The notes under the pieces were generated by a model. It was given only the letters and a program-made list of their open reading frames with translations. It had not been told where the DNA came from and searched no databases. Below are positions 9,456 through 19,711 of a stretch of 64,000 nt of DNA, piece after piece. Made by a program: the position numbers and the translations under genes. This stretch comes from Candidatus Eiseniibacteriota bacterium. Lineage in GTDB: Bacteria > Eisenbacteria > RBG-16-71-46 > SZUA-252. The stretch lies in NCBI GenBank assembly GCA_963703225.1, contig OY969801.1, positions 2,196,669 through 2,260,668 of the forward strand, in the 5' to 3' direction. The stretch's first letter is position 1. Every line of letters starts with the position of its first letter.

Positions 9456-11046
9456 TTACCTCGGCGTGGAGGGATAGGCCTGGGCGCGATCGACCCAGCC
9501 GTTGTCGAGGAGCCATTGGGCGTGCGCCCGGGCCTCGGCCTCGGTCGCGAAGTGCCCCACGAACACGCGGTAATACCCCGACGAGTTCGCGGCGGACTCA
9601 TACCAGGCGTCGGCCCCGCGCAGCCGTAGCTGACGCACCAGCTCCTGCACCTTCTCCTCCGATTTGAAGGAAGCAACGTGGACTCGAAACGGCGTGTCGG
9701 GCGTGGGAGCGGTGGGCGGGATGCCCCGCGCATCGGACGTCGGCGCGCCCGGCGTCTCACCGCCCGCCGTCGTCGACGGAGGCGGCGCGGGCTCGACTTG
9801 CGAAGGGGGCAGCGTCGGCTCGGAATTGGCGTCCGGCGGGGGCGTGGCCTCCGGCTGGACGGGCAGCACCCGCTCCGTTCCGGCGGGGAGCGTCTCCCCG
9901 TCCAGCGGGACGTCCGGGCGGCGCAGGACGACGACCCCGATGCTCGCGGCCACCAGGGCGCCCACGGCGATCCCCGCGATCAGCCCCGCGCGCGACCGGC
10001 GTCGGGGCCGTCGGTAGGTCGTGCCGCCGAGCCGGACCTCCCGGTCGAGAACGGCGGCGAGGTCGTGATCGTCCGGCTCGTCGACGGACTCGGGCCGGAC
10101 CCGAGGGTCAACGCGATGCCGAGCGGGCGAGGGCCGGTCCGCTCGAGACGCGGGAGTCGGCGCCATCGGCGCAGGCCCCGCCGCGGGCTCGTGCGCGGTC
10201 CGCGTCGGCGGCGCTCCGGGAGCGGACGACGCTTCGGGCGCGGGCGACGCTGCGGGAGCGGGAGCGGCCGATAGAGGGGCGGCCGGCGTCTCTTCCGGCG
10301 GCCTCTCCGCCCGAAACCTCCTCGGCTCGGCGGTCGGCTCAATCCCGACACAGCCGATGATCGGCGCGTCCGAGCCCCACAATTCCAGAAAGGCGTCCTT
10401 CAGCTCGGCTCGGCCGATCCGCTCGATGGAGGCGGCCAGGAGCACGCCGTCCATCCGCTTGGAGAGCCGCCCGACAAAGCCCCGCCGATCGAGAAGCGGC
10501 GCGACGAAGAACGTGACGTCGACGTGGGAGGCCAGGCCGCGCGCGGCCCGCTCCCAGTCGGGGTGGTCGACGATGCGGTCCGGGTCGGGAGGATGGCTCC
10601 CCGGGCCGATGAGCCAGAGGCCGTCCGCGACGATCTCCCAGGCCACGCGCCGGAACGAGCAGCCGTACTCGAGCACGTCGAGGAGCCCCTCGTTCGGGTG
10701 AGGGCGGGGGCGGACGACGGTGGGATTCCAGAAGTCGAGATCGACGACGCGCGATCCGAAGCCCCCGTCGGCTCCACTCCCGCGCGATGGCGAGCCCGGT
10801 CGTGAAGCACTCGGGGTCATCGGGGAATCCAGCCAGAAGGAGGGTGCGGAGCGTCAACGATTGTCGGGTCTCGACCAGGCCGTCCACCACCGCCGCGAGG
10901 TCCGGAGGCGCGAGAACGCGGAGGAGGGCGGAGAGGTTGGCGCCGCTGGGGACCGGCTCGACGTGAGAGGTCCCGAGGAGCGGCAGATTGACCTCGCGCG
11001 CAAAGCTCTGGGGATCGGCGTAGCGCTCGACGTCCGTCTGAATCAC
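9456..11046 (-). CDS. Degenerate MinD/BY-kinase-like domain + TM + SPOR domain protein (frameshift near 10750)
   Basis: ORF 10339-11046 (..REWSRRGLRIA) continues as VVDLDF..EGLLDVL in ORF 9456-10820 after removing one base. TM helix, Pro-rich linkers, C-terminal FRVHVASFKS..YYRVFVGHFATEAEA SPOR motif. Confidence 0.75.
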
Positions 11047-12478
11047 CCGATTCCCCTCCCTTCCGCTAGCGCCCGGACGAGCGACACGATCAGCCGCGGA
11101 ACCTCTTGCTTCGAGACGGTCCGCATGTCGAGGAGCAGGCGGTCCGATTCGACGCGCCCCAGTACCGGATCGGGGCCGAGCCGAAGCGCGCGAGCCAGAT
11201 CCGCAATCTTCCCCCGCGGCGCGCGGATCGCCACTGCGTAGGACGCGACGCGCGCGAGCGGCATCGATCCGCCACCGACCTCGGCGGTGCAGGCTATCAC
11301 CTCCGGGACGGTCTTTACAGCTGTTCCGCGGCCAGCCCGCGCGCCACGCGGCGTGCGCGCGCGCGGACGCTCGCCGCGGGCTCCCCGAGCATTCGAAGCA
11401 CGGGCACCGTGCTCTGAAGCCGCTCCGGATCGCGGTAGAGGCGAAGCGTGGCCTCGAGCGCCGCGAGCGTCAGCTTGTCGACGCGGAGCGCGCGGGCCAT
11501 CGGGTTCGCCCGGCACGCGTCGATGATCTTTCGATTCCCGGCGAGGATCCCCGCCTGGGGCCCGCCGAGGAGCTTGTCGCCGCTCGCGCACGCGATCGAC
11601 ACCCCCGCAGCCAGCGCGTCGCGCAGGAGCGGTTCCTCGGGAAGCCCGAGCGGCCTCAGGTCGATCAGGGCGCCGCTCCCCACGTCCTCGAAGAGCGGGA
11701 TCTTCCGGCGCCGCGCGAGGCGGACGAGCTCGGGCCGCGTGGCCCCCTCCTCGAAGCCGACGAGGGCAAAATTGCTCCGATGAACGCGGAGAATGATCCC
11801 GGTCTTCGGTCCGATGGCGCGCTCGTAGTCGCGGAGCCGGGTCCGGTTGGTGGTCCCGACTTCGCGGAGCTCTGCCCCGGCCCGCTCCAGAATGTCGGGG
11901 ATTCGAAACTCGCCACCGATCTCCACCAGCTCCCCGCGCGAGATGACCGCCTGCCGGCCCGCGGACAGCGTGTTCAGGCCGAGGAGCATCGCCGATGCGT
12001 TGTTGTTCAAAACGAGCGCCGCCTGCGCCCCCAGAATTTCACGGAGGAGCGGCTCCAGGTGGGCCATCCGGGATCCACGGCCCCCCGTGGCCAGGTCCAG
12101 CTCCAGATTCGAGTAGGAGCGCGCCGCGTCGACCACGGCGCGGACCGCCTCCTCCGCGAGCGGGGCGCGGCCGAGATTCGTATGGAGGATCACGCCGGTC
12201 GCGTTGATCACGGGCCTGAGGCTCGGTCGGAGCCGCGCCTCGGCTCGGCGGCGCGCCTCCTCGGCCAGGGGGGCGGACGCGTCGTCCGGACTCCCCTCGC
12301 CTTTCCGGATCGCGGAGCGCCGCTCGGCGAGCGTCTCGCGCACGGCGGAGACGACCACGCCCCGCGGCGCCCGGGAGAGAAGCTCTCGAAGCGCCGGCGA
12401 CCCGAGCAGCGATTCCACCGACGGGATCGCGCGAAGCCGCGCGCGATCGGCGTTCCGCCGCGCCTCGCCCGGGCTCAC
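11043..12478 (-). CDS. selA: L-seryl-tRNA(Sec) selenium transferase (one -1 frameshift near 11320-11330)
   Basis: INATGVILHTNLGRAPL, SRGELVEIGGEFRIPD, SGDKLLGGPQAG. The C-terminal part (VGGGSMP..LLDMRTV) lies in another frame ending at 11043. Confidence 0.9.
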
Positions 12479-13190
12479 GCGGGTCCTCCCAGGTAAGCGG
12501 CCTGGACGGAGGGGTTGGCCAGGAGCGCGTCGGCTCGGTCGGAGAGGCGCACCTCGCCCGTCTCGAGGACGTAGCCGCGGTCCGCGACCGCGAGCGCCAT
12601 CCGCGCGTTCTGCTCCACCAGCACGATGGTGGTCCCCTGGCCGCGGATTTCCCGGATCACGCCGAAGATCTCGCGCACGAGGATCGGCGCGAGACCGAGC
12701 GAGGGTTCGTCCATCAGAAGAAGCTTGGGGCGAGCCATCAGGGCCCGACCGATCGCGAGCATCTGCTGCTCCCCTCCGCTCAGGTGCCCGAGGCCTGCCG
12801 CCGTCGCTCTTCGAGCCGCGGAAAGAGACGGAAGACGCGCTTCAGATCCTCCGTGATCCCGGCCCGGTCGCGGCGAAGGTAGGCGCCCAGATCCAGATTA
12901 TCCCCCACCGTGAGGTTGGCGAATACGATTCGTCCCTCCGGCACGTGCGAAATTCCCAGCTTCACGATCTCGTGGGCGGGACGGCCGGCGATCGACGCGC
13001 CCCGGTAGCGAATCGATCCGCGGCTCGGTTTCAAGAGGCCCGAGATCGCTCGAAGCGTGGTGCTCTTGCCGGCGCCGTTGGCGCCCACCAGCGTCACGAT
13101 CTGCCCCTCTTCGACCGTGATGGAGATCCCCTTCAGCGCGTGGATCGCGCCGTAGTGGACGTGGGTTTCCGTGAGCTCGAGGAGCGTCAC
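12475..13190 (-). CDS. livF: Branched-chain amino acid ABC transporter ATPase (frameshift near 12784)
   Basis: GANGAGKST and HVPEGR. The signature GT-LSGGEQQML is split by one missing base. LLLMDEPSLGL follows. Confidence 0.92.
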
Positions 13191-13957
13191 GGTCCCTCTC
13201 CGAGATAGGCCTCGATCACCTTGGGGTCGCGCCGGATTCGATCGGGGTCCCCTTCGGCGATCTTGACGCCGTAGTCGAGCACGGTGATCCGCTGGCAGAT
13301 TCCCATCACGACCTTCATGTCGTGCTCGATCAGGAGTACGGTCAGATCGTAGAACTCCCGGGCATGATCGATGAGCTTCATCAGCGCCTGGGTTTCCTGC
13401 GGGTTGAGCCCCGCGGCCGGCTCGTCCAGAAGGAGCAGCCGCGGCTCCGCCGCGAGCGCCCGCGCGATCTCCAGGCGCCGCTGCTCCCCGTAGGGAAGAT
13501 GGCGAGCGGTCTGGTCGCGATATTTCTCGAGCGCGAAGGTGTGCAGGAGCGCGTCCGAGCGCATGAGGATGTCGTTTTCCTCGTCGACCGACCGGGTCGT
13601 CGAGAGCACGCTGTCGATGAGCCCCACCCCCGCGTGGGTGTGGCAGGCGATCCGAACGTTGTCGAGGCAGGTCAGGTCGGCGAAGAGGCGCGGGCTTTGA
13701 AAGGTCCGCGCCACCCCGTGACGCGCGATGGTCGACGTGGCCTGCCCCTGGATCTGCCTTCCCTCGAAGACGATGGTCCCCCGGGACGGGGCGTAGACGC
13801 CGGTGATCAGATTGAACACGGTCGTCTTTCCCGCCCCGTTGGGGCCGATCAGCCCCGCCAGGATTCCCTGCGGGAGCGAGAGCTCGAGGTCCGAGACCGC
13901 CTTGAGGCCGCCAAACGTGCACGTGACGTTTCGCAGCTCGAGAAGCGCGTCGCTCAC
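13187..13957 (-). CDS. livG: Branched-chain amino acid ABC transporter ATPase
   Basis: [38 protein letters not shown]. Confidence 0.95.
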   Translation of the reverse strand: MSDALLELRNVTCTFGGLKAVSDLELSLPQGILAGLIGPNGAGKTTVFNLITGVYAPSRGTIVFEGRQIQGQATSTIARHGVARTFQSPRLFADLTCLDNVRIACHTHAGVGLIDSVLSTTRSVDEENDILMRSDALLHTFALEKYRDQTARHLPYGEQRRLEIARALAAEPRLLLLDEPAAGLNPQETQALMKLIDHAREFYDLTVLLIEHDMKVVMGICQRITVLDYGVKIAEGDPDRIRRDPKVIEAYLGEGP

Positions 13958-14961
13958 GGGTTCTCCGCCGCGGGCCGCCGGCCGAACCGTGCGAGCAACT
14001 TCCGAAGCGAGATCTCGCGCCGTCCCAAAATGCCCTGCGGGCGCGCGATCATCAGCACGATCAAGAGCAGCGAGTAGATGATGAGCCGCTCGGCGCTCGC
14101 GAAGCGGAGAGCCTCCGGGAGCGCGGTCAAGAGCGCCGCGCCGAGCAACGATCCGGAAAGGCTCCCCATCCCACCCAGCACCACCATCACGATGACCTCG
14201 ATCGACTTCATGAACGTGAAGCTGTTGGTGTGGAGGTAGGTGTAGTGGGCGAACAAGGCCCCGGCGACACCGGCGAAGAAGGCCGCGATCACGAACGCGA
14301 ACACCTTGTAGCGGGTCGTCGGGACGCCGAGGGCTTCGGCCGCGATCTCATCTTCGCGAATCGCGAGGAACGCCCGGCCGTGGTAGGAACGCATGAGGTT
14401 TCGGATGACCACGAAGGTCACGACCACGCCGCCGAGCACCCAGGCAAGATTGGTGCGGGCCGGAACGCCGGCAAAGCCGCGGGCCCCCCCGACGGCGTCG
14501 ACGTTCAGGATCACGACCCGGATGATCTCGCCGAAGCCGAGGGTCACGATCGCCAGGTAGTCGCCGCGGAGCCGCATCGAGGGAAGACCCACCAAGAATC
14601 CCGCGGCGGCGCTGACCGCGCCTCCGACCAGGATCGCGAGCAAGAACGGGCCCGCCGCCGCCAGGCCGCCCTCTCCGGTTTCGACTCCGAACAGCCGAGG
14701 AACGGCGTAGACGGTGAAGGCGGCCGACGTGTAGGCGCCCACGGCCATGAAGCCCGCGTGCCCGATCGAGAACTGCCCGGTGATCCCGTTTACGAGATTC
14801 AAGCTGAGCGCCAGAATGGCGTTCAGCCCACAGAGAACCAAAATTCTGTAGATGTAGGGGTTGACGGTCTGGACCAAGGCCCGGTCGATCGCCCAGACCG
14901 CGAGGATCGCGCCCGCGGTCCAGAGAAGGCGGAGCCCGAGCCTAAACCTTCTCCGCGACAT
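13954..14961 (-). CDS. livM: Branched-chain amino acid ABC transporter permease
   Basis: [40 protein letters not shown]. Confidence 0.95.
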   Translation of the reverse strand: MSRRRFRLGLRLLWTAGAILAVWAIDRALVQTVNPYIYRILVLCGLNAILALSLNLVNGITGQFSIGHAGFMAVGAYTSAAFTVYAVPRLFGVETGEGGLAAAGPFLLAILVGGAVSAAAGFLVGLPSMRLRGDYLAIVTLGFGEIIRVVILNVDAVGGARGFAGVPARTNLAWVLGGVVVTFVVIRNLMRSYHGRAFLAIREDEIAAEALGVPTTRYKVFAFVIAAFFAGVAGALFAHYTYLHTNSFTFMKSIEVIVMVVLGGMGSLSGSLLGAALLTALPEALRFASAERLIIYSLLLIVLMIARPQGILGRREISLRKLLARFGRRPAAENP

Positions 14962-15847
14962 TCCTGCCCAGAAGCCCGGCGGGCTTGATCAGAAGGACGA
15001 GGATCAGGATCACGAACGCGATCCCGTCCCGGTAGGTGGAGGAGATGTAGCCGACCACGAGGTACTCCGAGACCCCCATCAGCAATCCGCCGATCACAGC
15101 GCCTGGGATGCTCCCGATCCCTCCGAGCACCGCCGCGACAAACGCCTTGATCCCCGGCATGATGCCCATCAGGGGCTCAATCTTGGGATTGGTGAGCCCC
15201 ACCAGGACGCCGGCCGCGGCCGCCAGCGCCGATCCGATCGCGAACGTGATGGTGATGATCCGGTTGACCGGGATGCCCATGAGGCTCGCGGCGTCCCGGT
15301 TGAACGCCACGGCGCGCATCGCCTTTCCGGTCCGGGTCTTCTGGACGAACAGCGTGAGCGCCACCATGAGCAGAATGGAGACCAGCACCACGGTGATCTG
15401 GTGATTCGTGACCACGACCCCCTGGATCAGCTCCACCCGCCGTGGCGCGATCAGCTGCGGGAAAAACTTGGGATCGGCGCCGAAAATGCGGATGCCGAGG
15501 TTCTCCAGGAGGAGGGAAACCCCGATCGCCGTGATCAGCGCGGTGAGGCGGGAAGAGCGCCGGACCGGCCGGTACGCGAAGAACTCGATGGCCATCCCGA
15601 GGAGGGCGCAGATGACCATCGCACCGAGGAGGACCAGGAGCGCCGCGAGCGGCGAGGCGTTCACCCCCCCGGCGCCGGTCCAGAGCGCCAAGAAATAGGC
15701 CGCGAAGGCCCCCACCATGTAGATGTCGCCGTGCGCGAAGTTGATGAGGCGGAGGATCCCGTAGACCATCGTGTAGCCGAGCGCGATCAGGGCGTAGATG
15801 CTCCCCCACGCGATCCCGTTCGCCAGCTGCTGGAGAAGCTCCTGCAC
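14942..15847 (-). CDS. livH: Branched-chain amino acid ABC transporter permease
   Basis: YALIALGYTMVYG..INFAHG, GKAMRAVA, KAFVAAVLGGIGS. GTG start chosen at 15847. Confidence 0.94.
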   Translation of the reverse strand: MQELLQQLANGIAWGSIYALIALGYTMVYGILRLINFAHGDIYMVGAFAAYFLALWTGAGGVNASPLAALLVLLGAMVICALLGMAIEFFAYRPVRRSSRLTALITAIGVSLLLENLGIRIFGADPKFFPQLIAPRRVELIQGVVVTNHQITVVLVSILLMVALTLFVQKTRTGKAMRAVAFNRDAASLMGIPVNRIITITFAIGSALAAAAGVLVGLTNPKIEPLMGIMPGIKAFVAAVLGGIGSIPGAVIGGLLMGVSEYLVVGYISSTYRDGIAFVILILVLLIKPAGLLGRNVAEKV

Positions 15848-15875
15848 GTGGGGGGCGGGCTCTTCCGAGGTCGGT

Positions 15876-17070
15876 CTAGGGCTCGACCGCCGCCTTGAAC
15901 TTGTACGCTCGGTTCTCGATGCCGAGAAATACCGCCGGCTTGACCGCGTTTCGCGACGCGTCGAGCGAGATTCGTCCGGTGACACCCGGGAAGTCCTTGG
16001 TTGCCGCGATGATGTCGCGAAGCTTGGCGCGCGCCGCCTTCTGCTTCTCCGACCGGGCGCCGCAGAGCTCCCTGAATGCGGCCGGATCTTCCTGGCGCAA
16101 GCGATCCAGGGCGTTGGTCAGCACGCCCGCGGCGTCGTAGGCGAGCGCGGCGAGCCCGTCCGGGCTCGCGTTGTATCGCGCGCGATACTCCTTCACGAAT
16201 TTCTGGATCGCCGGATTGGGATCCTGGTCCCAGTAGTGGTTCACGAAGTAGGAGCCGTTCAGGGCGTCCTGCGGCGATCTCGAGCAGGCGATCGGAAACC
16301 CATCCGTCCCCACCCAGGAACGGAACGTCGAGCCCCAGCTCACGAGCCTGCCGCGCGATCAATCCCACCTCGGTGTAGTACCCCGGCACCATCAGGAACT
16401 GCGGATGCTTCGACTTGATGACCGTGAGCTGCGCCTTGAAATCCTGATCGCCTTCGGAGTAGGCCTCGTCCGCCACGATGGTTCCACCCAGGGCCTGGAA
16501 CGCCTGGGAGAAGTAGTTCGCGAGCCCGACGCTGTAGTCGTTCTTGTTGTCCCGGAAGACCGCCGCCTTGGTGAACCCGAGGGTGCTCCGCCCGAACTTG
16601 GCGATCATCTGGCCCTGGAACGGGTCGATGAAGCAGACGCGGGAGATGTAATCCCCCAGCTCGGTCACCTTGGGGTTGGTCGAGGAAGGGGTGATCATGG
16701 GGACGCCCGCCTTCTGGCAGATGGGAGCCGCCGCCATGCTCCGGCTGGACGCGACCTCTCCCAGAACCGCGATCACGCCGTCCTGATCCACCAGCTTGTT
16801 CACCGCAGTCGCCGCCTCTTCCGGCTTGGATTGGTCGTCTTCGACGATCACGCGAACCTTGACGCCGCCGATCCCGCCGCCGGCGTTGACGTTGTCCATG
16901 TAGAGCTCGATCCCATTCTTGGTCGAGGTCCCGAACGTGGCGGTTGTTCCCGTCAGCGAGCCGTACTCGCCGATGACGATCTCGTTTTGGCGCTTGGCGC
17001 AGCCCAGGAACAGGGCCGAGACAGCCGCGAGGGCGATTACCGCGCGATAGGCCATCCGATGCCGGATCAT
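15876..17070 (-). CDS. livK: Branched-chain amino acid ABC substrate-binding lipoprotein (frameshift near 16273)
   Basis: Lipobox LFLGC, EDDQSKPEEA, SRVCFIDPFQG. The C-terminal half (ALAYDA..FPGVTG.I) is in ORF 15876-16343; removing one base fuses them. Confidence 0.88.
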
Positions 17071-17160
17071 CCTCGATCCTCCATGGCGTAAGTGTTTGAT
17101 AACCCAGGGACTTTCATGCGTGTCGACCCGGCGCCACCCTAGCCGATCGACTCCCCGGTT

Positions 17161-18657
17161 TCAAGGCTCAACCGGCGCTTCCTCGAGGGGAACCGCCTTC
17201 CCAGAGCGGATCACGAGCCGCTCGGGATAAGCTGGAACGACCGGGCGGAGCGCGCGCAGCGTGCGGCCTTCGTCCGTTTCGTAGACCTGGCTCCGGAGTG
17301 CCTGGCGAAGCTGCGACGCGGTGACGCATCCAGACTCGATCGCCCGGTTGATCGCCAGCCCGCTCAAGTAACCCCGGACCGACATGCGGGTGGGCGAGTC
17401 CTTGAACGTCCGCTCATATCGCGTTTGGAACGAATCGCGCGGCGCGCCGTCGAGCGCGTAGTCGCCCATGAAGATCACGGCCCCTTCCAGGCCGTCCCGT
17501 CCCTCCGGATTCAGCCCGTCCGGGTCGAGCGATTGGAACCCAAACACACGGGCGCGGGGCGGGGGCCAGGCCGACGCGAGCTGGGCGCCCACGTTTCCCA
17601 TCAAGCGCGGCGACCCCACAAGAACGAGCGCCGTGGGTCGGAGCGCGCGGAGATTCTGAAGCGGCTTGGTCACGTCGGCCTCGTCCTCGGCCACCCGCTC
17701 GATTCCAAGGACCCGCACCGCCGCGAAGTCGCACGCCGCGGCGACGTCGGCGGCCTGGACGGAGTCCTCCTCCGTCCGGGCGGCGAGGATGGCGATCGAG
17801 GAGTGAGGCGATTCCCCAGCGAGATGGCGCGCGAGGGCCGCCGCCGTCGCGCTCGGGCCGATGTGAAGCTGGAAGACCCCGTCGCCAAGAATCGCGAGCC
17901 GCTCGTTCGTGGCCGAAGGGGAGATGAGGATCGCGCCCAGGACCTGCGTGGCGGCCGCGAGCGGCGCGGTGTTGACACTGAAGATCTCGCCGACCAACAC
18001 CGAAACACCGTGGTCTTTCAATAGCCAGCGCGATTTCCGCGCTCCGACCAGAGGATCTCCCTCCGAATCGTGGAGAATCAGGTGGAGCGTCGGGGCCCAC
18101 TCACGGTTGTGCTCGTCCAGCGCGAGGCGAAAGCCGTTCACAAAGGTCTTGCCGAAGCGTTCGTAGCGCCCGGTGAGCGGGACCACCACGCCGATCCGGG
18201 TGAGGCCCTGCGCCGCGCGCTTGATCGCGACCGAATCGAGCGGGCAGTCACCCATCCCTTCCACGATCGACTGGAGTTTCTTCCGCTCCGCGCCTGTCGG
18301 CCCGACGGCGAGCCCGACCCGGGCGGCCCAGGAGCGCTCGGCGGCCCGCGTCATCGGATCGAACCTGGACACTTCGGGGGTCGAGGCGTACTCGATCGCC
18401 CACCCCGCGACGGCCGGGTCTTTGGGATGCTCCAAGATCCGGGCCTTCAGCTCCCCAGCCCGATTTCCCGGGTATCGTTTGGTCGGCGTCGCACGCGCCG
18501 TCGAGTCGGATCGCGCGGCGGGGGCGCCGGGCGCGGTCTCCCCGCCGGTCAGAACGCCCGCCATCGCGGCCGCGCACAGGAGGACAAGGATTGTCGCCGG
18601 CGCGCGCCGCCGCGCGTCGGGATGGCGGCCTGTCCGCGACAGACTAGCGCGCGCCAT
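17161..18657 (-). CDS. LppC/penicillin-binding-protein-activator-like periplasmic binding protein type 1
   Basis: N-terminal hydrophobic segment, RIGVVVPLTGRYERFG, LILHDSEGDP, LISPSAT (Peripla_BP_6-like). Confidence 0.75.
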   Translation of the reverse strand: MARASLSRTGRHPDARRRAPATILVLLCAAAMAGVLTGGETAPGAPAARSDSTARATPTKRYPGNRAGELKARILEHPKDPAVAGWAIEYASTPEVSRFDPMTRAAERSWAARVGLAVGPTGAERKKLQSIVEGMGDCPLDSVAIKRAAQGLTRIGVVVPLTGRYERFGKTFVNGFRLALDEHNREWAPTLHLILHDSEGDPLVGARKSRWLLKDHGVSVLVGEIFSVNTAPLAAATQVLGAILISPSATNERLAILGDGVFQLHIGPSATAAALARHLAGESPHSSIAILAARTEEDSVQAADVAAACDFAAVRVLGIERVAEDEADVTKPLQNLRALRPTALVLVGSPRLMGNVGAQLASAWPPPRARVFGFQSLDPDGLNPEGRDGLEGAVIFMGDYALDGAPRDSFQTRYERTFKDSPTRMSVRGYLSGLAINRAIESGCVTASQLRQALRSQVYETDEGRTLRALRPVVPAYPERLVIRSGKAVPLEEAPVEP

Positions 18658-19165
18658 GGAGGGCCGCGTGCTCCAGCGCCAGCTGGACGTAGTGATCGGC
18701 GGATTGGCGGAGTCGCTGATGGATCTCCGGTGGGATGGGACCGCGTACCACACCGGGGACCCCCGCGACGAAGGAGCGGGGCGGCACGATCGTTCCCTCC
18801 CGCACCACGCACCCCGCCGCGACCAGCGATTCCTCGCCGATCTCGGAATCGTCGAGCACGATCGCCCCCATGCCGATCAAGCACCGGTCGTGGATCGTGG
18901 CGCCGTGGAGGATTGCCCGATGGCCGGCCGTCACCTCTCGCCCCACCGATAGCCCCGATCTCCCCGTCGTCGTGTGGAGGATGCAGCCGTCCTGGATGTT
19001 GGTGCGGGCGCCGATCACGATCGGCCCCACGTCCCCCCGGAGGACCGACCCGTACCAGACGGACGCCTCTTCCCCCAATACGACGTCGCCCACCACGAGA
19101 GCGGTGGGCGCGACAAAAGCGGAGGCCGGCACGATCGGCGTCCGACCGCGGAGAGATGCGATCAC
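18644..19165 (-). CDS. Gamma carbonic anhydrase family (PaaY-like) hexapeptide protein
   Basis: VWYGSVLRGD, NIQDGCILH, GHRAILHG, LIGMGAIVLD. Confidence 0.95.
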   Translation of the reverse strand: MIASLRGRTPIVPASAFVAPTALVVGDVVLGEEASVWYGSVLRGDVGPIVIGARTNIQDGCILHTTTGRSGLSVGREVTAGHRAILHGATIHDRCLIGMGAIVLDDSEIGEESLVAAGCVVREGTIVPPRSFVAGVPGVVRGPIPPEIHQRLRQSADHYVQLALEHAALHGAR

Positions 19166-19190
19166 GCGCCCTGCCGAGCGGGCGACGCGA

Positions 19191-19706
19191 CTAGAGCTCC
19201 TCGGGGTTCCACTTTCCGAAATCCTCCGGGTTCATCTCTTCGAGATAGCGGCGCAGCTCCTCCGCCTTTTCCTCGGGGGATTTCTCGGGAGGCGTCGCGG
19301 CGCCGGGCTGGCGAGCCGATTTCTGGAACACCGCGTCCACGACGAAGATCGGCACGCGGGTGCGGAGCGCGACGGCGATCGAATCGCTGGGACGCGCGTC
19401 GACCGGAACCGCGCCATTGCCGCCGTCCAAATAGATGTTGGCGAAGAAGGTGGTGTCCTTGAGGTCGGTGATCACGACGCGCGAAACCTTCGCCTTGAGC
19501 GACTCGATGACGCTCACCAGAAGGTCGTGCGTGAGGGGCCGCTGGTATCGCTTCCCGACCAGCTCCATGTGGATCGCGGTCGCTTCGTTCGGCCCGATCC
19601 AGATCGGGAGCACGCGATTCCCCTCGATCTCTTGAAGAATGACGACCGGGCTCTTGGATCGCTCGTCGATGGCCAGGCCGCCCACGCGTACGGGGATCAT
19701 GCTCAT
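19191..19706 (-). CDS. Bifunctional nuclease family (DUF151) protein
   Basis: LPIWIG..EA, RPLTHDL, DARPSDSIAVALR. Confidence 0.93.
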   Translation of the reverse strand: MSMIPVRVGGLAIDERSKSPVVILQEIEGNRVLPIWIGPNEATAIHMELVGKRYQRPLTHDLLVSVIESLKAKVSRVVITDLKDTTFFANIYLDGGNGAVPVDARPSDSIAVALRTRVPIFVVDAVFQKSARQPGAATPPEKSPEEKAEELRRYLEEMNPEDFGKWNPEEL

Positions 19707-19711
19707 GGCCG

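Noticed and set aside
11315-11317. Selenocysteine or stop-codon recoding in selA
   Set aside because: The premature stop is TAA and the continuation is in a different frame.
8782-16274. Programmed ribosomal frameshifting in smc, selA, livF, livK
   Set aside because: No slippery heptamers, mixed +1 and -1 directions, and no precedent for these genes. Indel error is simpler.
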